The position numbers and the translations under genes are program-made. Under the pieces are notes generated by a model. The model searched no databases and was not told the origin of the DNA. It saw only the letters and a list, made by a program, of their open reading frames with translations. DNA of 64,000 nucleotides, from positions 17,805 to 81,804 of the forward strand of contig JBBQBB010000002.1 in NCBI GenBank assembly GCA_038317095.1, written 5' to 3'. The DNA comes from Bacteroidia bacterium (GTDB lineage: Bacteria; Bacteroidota; Bacteroidia; NS11-12g; UBA955). Below are positions 60,477-64,000 of this stretch, in pieces. Each line of letters starts with the position of its first letter. Position 1 is the stretch's first letter.

Positions 60477-62318
60477 TTATTCCACAGTAACACTCTTCGC
60501 CAAATTTCTCGGTTGATCTACATTGCAACCCCGCATCACTGCAATATGATAACTGAGCAATTGCAATGGAATTGTATTGATAATAGGACTCAAACTTTCT
60601 TCCGTTTCGGGCACTTCAATTATGTGGTTAGCCAATGAATCCAAACCTCTATTGCCTTCTGAAACGATGGCGATTACAATGCCTTTGCGGGCTTTTACTT
60701 CTTGTATATTGCTTACCACTTTTTCATAATGTGCACTGTTGGTTGCAATTACAACTACAGGCATATTTTCATCTATCAATGCAATAGGACCGTGTTTCAT
60801 TTCAGCCGCGGGGTAGCCTTCAGCGTGGATATACGAAATCTCTTTTAATTTTAAAGCCCCTTCTAAAGCCACTGGAAAATTGTATCCTCTGCCTAAATAT
60901 AAAAAATTATGAGAGTCTTTATACATTTCCGCCAGTTGAACCAATTGATCGTTCAATTTTAATGCTTTTTCAACCTTTTCTGGAATGTTTTCCAATTCAA
61001 ACATAAGGCTGCGGATTTTATCTGAAGACATCGTTCCGCGCAATTTGGCCATGGCCATCGCAATTAAATTTAAAACAGTAACCTGGGCCGTAAAAGCCTT
61101 AGTACTTGCAACGCCTATTTCTGGGCCTGCGTGCGTATAAGCACCTGCATGACTCAATCTTGGAATGGAACTGCCTACAACATTGCAAACCCCAAAAACA
61201 GTTGCCCCTTTGCTTTTTGCCAATTCCATGGCCGCCAATGTATCGGCGGTTTCTCCACTTTGGCTAATGGCTATAACCAAATCGGTAGCGTATAAAACCG
61301 GATTTCTATACCTGAATTCTGAAGCGTATTCCACTTCCACCGGAATTCTTGCGTATTCTTCAAAAATATATTCTGCCACCAAGCCTGCATGCCAACTGGT
61401 TCCGCAACCAATAATAATAAGGCGGTTGATGTTTTTTAATTTTTCTTCATAATCGCGTATGCTTTGCATGATAATACCCGCAGATGTGGCGTCAATGCGA
61501 CCCCTAAAACTATCGTGTATGGATTTAGGCTGCTCGTATATTTCCTTGAGCATAAAATGCTCATATCCACCTTTTTCCAATTGCTCTAGGTTCATCTCTA
61601 GCTCATGTATATATGGAGTTTGTATTTGATTGTCGATGGTGACAATGGTCAATTCTTGGTTTTGTACCACCGCAATTTCCCCGTCATTTAAATAAATAAC
61701 TTGGCGGGTATATTCTACAATGGGAGTGGCATCGCTGGCTAGAAAAAATTCTCCGCGGTCGTTTCCAATTCCCACAACCAATGGGCTTCCTTTTCGGGCA
61801 GCAATTAAATGTTCTGGGTGGTTTTTAGACAATATAACAATGGCATATGCACCTACAACTTGCTTTAAAGCCACACGCACAGCCTCTTGTAAACTTAAAT
61901 TGGCATTTTCCATGATGTCCTCAATCAAGTGAATCAAGATTTCGGTGTCTGTGTCGCTGGTAAAAGTATGTCCCCTTCTCAGTAAGCCTTCTTTAAGCGT
62001 AGCATAGTTTTCAATAATGCCATTGTGAATTACAGACAAGTCACCGCTTTGCGACACATGCGGGTGTGCATTCACATCATTGGGTGCACCGTGGGTAGCC
62101 CAGCGGGTATGACCCATGCCAATATTGCCCGATCTTTCGGATGGCAAAATGGAATCTTCCAATTCTTGAACCTTTCCTTTTTGCTTAAAAATACGCATAT
62201 CGCCATTAAGCAATGCTATTCCAGCACTATCATAACCTCGGTATTCTAGCCTTTTTAGCCCTTTTATTAAAATTGGAAACGCATCACGTTCGCCAATGTA
62301 TGCAACAATGCCACACAT
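60477..62318 (-). CDS. glmS: glutamine--fructose-6-phosphate aminotransferase
   Basis: N-terminal MCGIVAY (Ntn Cys), two SIS domains and a C-terminal ...KSVTVE. Start trimmed to ATG 62318. Confidence 0.9.
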   Translation of the reverse strand: MCGIVAYIGERDAFPILIKGLKRLEYRGYDSAGIALLNGDMRIFKQKGKVQELEDSILPSERSGNIGMGHTRWATHGAPNDVNAHPHVSQSGDLSVIHNGIIENYATLKEGLLRRGHTFTSDTDTEILIHLIEDIMENANLSLQEAVRVALKQVVGAYAIVILSKNHPEHLIAARKGSPLVVGIGNDRGEFFLASDATPIVEYTRQVIYLNDGEIAVVQNQELTIVTIDNQIQTPYIHELEMNLEQLEKGGYEHFMLKEIYEQPKSIHDSFRGRIDATSAGIIMQSIRDYEEKLKNINRLIIIGCGTSWHAGLVAEYIFEEYARIPVEVEYASEFRYRNPVLYATDLVIAISQSGETADTLAAMELAKSKGATVFGVCNVVGSSIPRLSHAGAYTHAGPEIGVASTKAFTAQVTVLNLIAMAMAKLRGTMSSDKIRSLMFELENIPEKVEKALKLNDQLVQLAEMYKDSHNFLYLGRGYNFPVALEGALKLKEISYIHAEGYPAAEMKHGPIALIDENMPVVVIATNSAHYEKVVSNIQEVKARKGIVIAIVSEGNRGLDSLANHIIEVPETEESLSPIINTIPLQLLSYHIAVMRGCNVDQPRNLAKSVTVE

Positions 62319-62767
62319 AAATTGTATGCAAAGATACAAATTTAGAAAGCATTTCCCCCAACTAGGTTCCTATAGAATCTTTGCCTAAACCATTTGCTTT
62401 GATGCATTTTTTTATAAAATGCGTAGTTGAATTTTCTCTCTTATTTTTATTGATGGCTTATACGAACAATTATTTGATTCGTTTGTATATATTTTAGATG
62501 ATTAAAATTTTACTGAAAATGGCAATATAAAACCTGCTTCAAATCGTATTTATTTTGAAGAAAATTATATTTTAAAATGAAGTTAAAATAAATTATTAAT
62601 ACACTATTGCACGTATAAAAGTGCGGAATTACTACCACATTTTATTTCATATAATCCAGCTTTAAATTCACCAATATCTATTGTTATCTCATCCGTTAGG
62701 GCATTTGCTTTTGACTTAACATTAATTTGCCGGAAAGACTGAAAATTTGAATTTTATTGGCTTGAGC

Positions 62768-63501
62768 TTAATTGATTTTTACAATAACCGTTTGATGTGC
62801 AGGATTTGGATAAACTTTAAGGGCTGTATTGATAGCATTCATTTTTATACTTAAACTATAAGGACTAAAACTCCAAAAATCAGAACGTTTTTCCCATTGG
62901 AATCCACGCCAGTGCCAATAAAATCTTGATTTCCAATTCCAAAAGCAACAGAACTCCAGCCAGAAAAATCCGTATTCCATTCAATTTCTTTCCAGCTATC
63001 TGCAGTAGTATCATATTGCCACATATCCCCATGAATTCCAGTTGGGGCCAAGAACCCCATTCCCAAATAACCTTTATCGTTTACATTGAAGCCAAAGGAT
63101 CCATATCTTTTACCCCCACTAAAATCATTCTTTTTGAGCCAAGAATTTGTTTTTGGGTTGTAAGCCCAAAGTTCAGAGGAACTGGCGGTATCCTTAACGC
63201 CAGTGAAAGTATAGCCCATACCATTAATAGAAAAACCAACACCGCTATGTCTGCCAATTGCAGGTAGGTCTGGCAATTTAGTCCATGCATTGTTATTTGG
63301 ATCCTATTGCGAAAAATCTTTAAGTATCTTGTTTGAATCACCATAGCCCGAGCCAAAATAGCCCTTGTTACCAATAGAAAAACCTATAGCAGATTCCCTT
63401 AATTTTGGCATAGGGCTTGTAATTTTCTTCCAATAATTTTGCCGTTCCGCTTGGTACATAATGAGCATGGTGATAATACCTATTTTTATTCTATTACGCA
63501 T
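62768..63501 (-). pseudogene. Kelch/galactose-oxidase-like repeat protein with T9SS C-terminal sorting domain, broken by an in-frame TAG and a frameshift
   Basis: ORFs 63304..63501 and 62851..63276 are in the same frame and separated only by TAG (...ILKDFSQ*DPNNNAWTKLPDLPAIGRHSGVGF...). They contain repeated G-Y-x-F-x-G / W-x-Y-D/N Kelch-like units. The C-terminal piece 62768..62980 is in another frame and ends ...KVYPNPAHQTVIVKIN, a T9SS CTD. Confidence 0.5.
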
Positions 63502-63820
63502 GGTAAAGCGATATACAACGCTTTATGAAGTTAATTATATTATACATAAATGCAACTTTTATTTTATTTATTGTAAATATTCTTAAACCCAAATTCAGCG
63601 ATAGGAAACTTAGCGAGTGTTGATCTCCCTCAGCAGAGTGAGTGGAGCAGTGGCTCGTAAAAGGTTTTTGCACACAGAAAAAACATCGCTATTGTTAGTA
63701 AGAAAAGCGAGCAAGTTCATTTTATGAAAGTGATTTTAATCCCCAATAGATTTCGCCGCCGCTACGGATGTGAATATTGGGTTAAAAAGTGCCGAATAAT
63801 ACATATATTAAAAGGCCATA

Positions 63821-63850
63821 AAAAAAACCGACACAAGGCCGGTTTTAATT
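63821..63850. terminator. candidate bidirectional terminator hairpin (A7 - AACCG acacaaggc CGGTT - T4)
   Basis: Short GC stem flanked by an A-run and a T-run, immediately past the stop of the partial gene at the window end. Confidence 0.35.
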
Positions 63851-63866
63851 TTATAAATAAATTTAA

Positions 63867-64000
63867 TTATTTTATTTTGAATGCCTTTTTTACTGCAGGC
63901 ACAGCGTTCAATTCTTCCCAAGGGAACAATTTTACTTTTACAGAAATTTCATTGTCTTTGCCTTTGTTAAATACTTTGGTTACAGTTTCTGTTTTGCGAC
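63867..64000 (-). CDS. C-terminal end of an unidentified gene entering from beyond the window
   Basis: Open minus-strand frame ...RKTETVTKVFNKGKDNEISVKVKLFPWEELNAVPAVKKAFKIK* ending at TAA 63867-63869. Confidence 0.3.
   Translation of the reverse strand, partial: RKTETVTKVFNKGKDNEISVKVKLFPWEELNAVPAVKKAFKIK

Overview
This is a chromosomal segment from a Bacteroidota-type genome. Evidence: several secreted proteins end in type-9-secretion C-terminal sorting domains; TAnnTTTG -7 promoter boxes occur; translationally coupled ATGA overlaps are frequent; GC is roughly 40% by eye. No rRNA, tRNA or CRISPR array was found. Housekeeping genes form the backbone: gltX, a GatB/YqeY gene, ribBA, a cobalamin-dependent metH lacking its homocysteine-binding module, a DEAD-box helicase, folA, nadK, glyA, glmS, pdhB, a fused E1 alpha/beta 2-oxoacid dehydrogenase and an ALDH7-like dehydrogenase. 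Accessory and decaying material is interleaved with them. There are two IS elements. One is IS1595-like with a frameshifted transposase. The other is a zinc-ribbon DDE IS with intact inverted repeats, a 10-bp flanking direct repeat and an A7-tract frameshift at codons 3-5. There are at least five further pseudogenes: a four-helix-bundle protein, a RAYT/IS200-like Y1 transposase, a monoheme CcoP-like cytochrome c whose in-frame TGA sits at a conserved Trp, a Kelch/T9SS protein, and a possible outer-membrane-protein remnant. The most unusual feature is two cargo insertions, each bracketed by direct repeats that are duplicated 3' ends of a neighbouring gene. One is a VWA gene after yqeY with a 27-bp repeat. 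The other is a low-GC pair of secreted proteins after an SCO1/SenC gene with a 35-bp perfect core repeat. Also present are an ECF sigma / anti-sigma / LTXXQ / YHYH / YwqK / SCO1 envelope-copper cluster, an MbnP-like/di-heme peroxidase pair, a DUF2157-GDYXXLXY pair, a 43-nt GC-rich palindrome in an AT-rich spacer, and a 740-bp ORF-free AT-rich tract.
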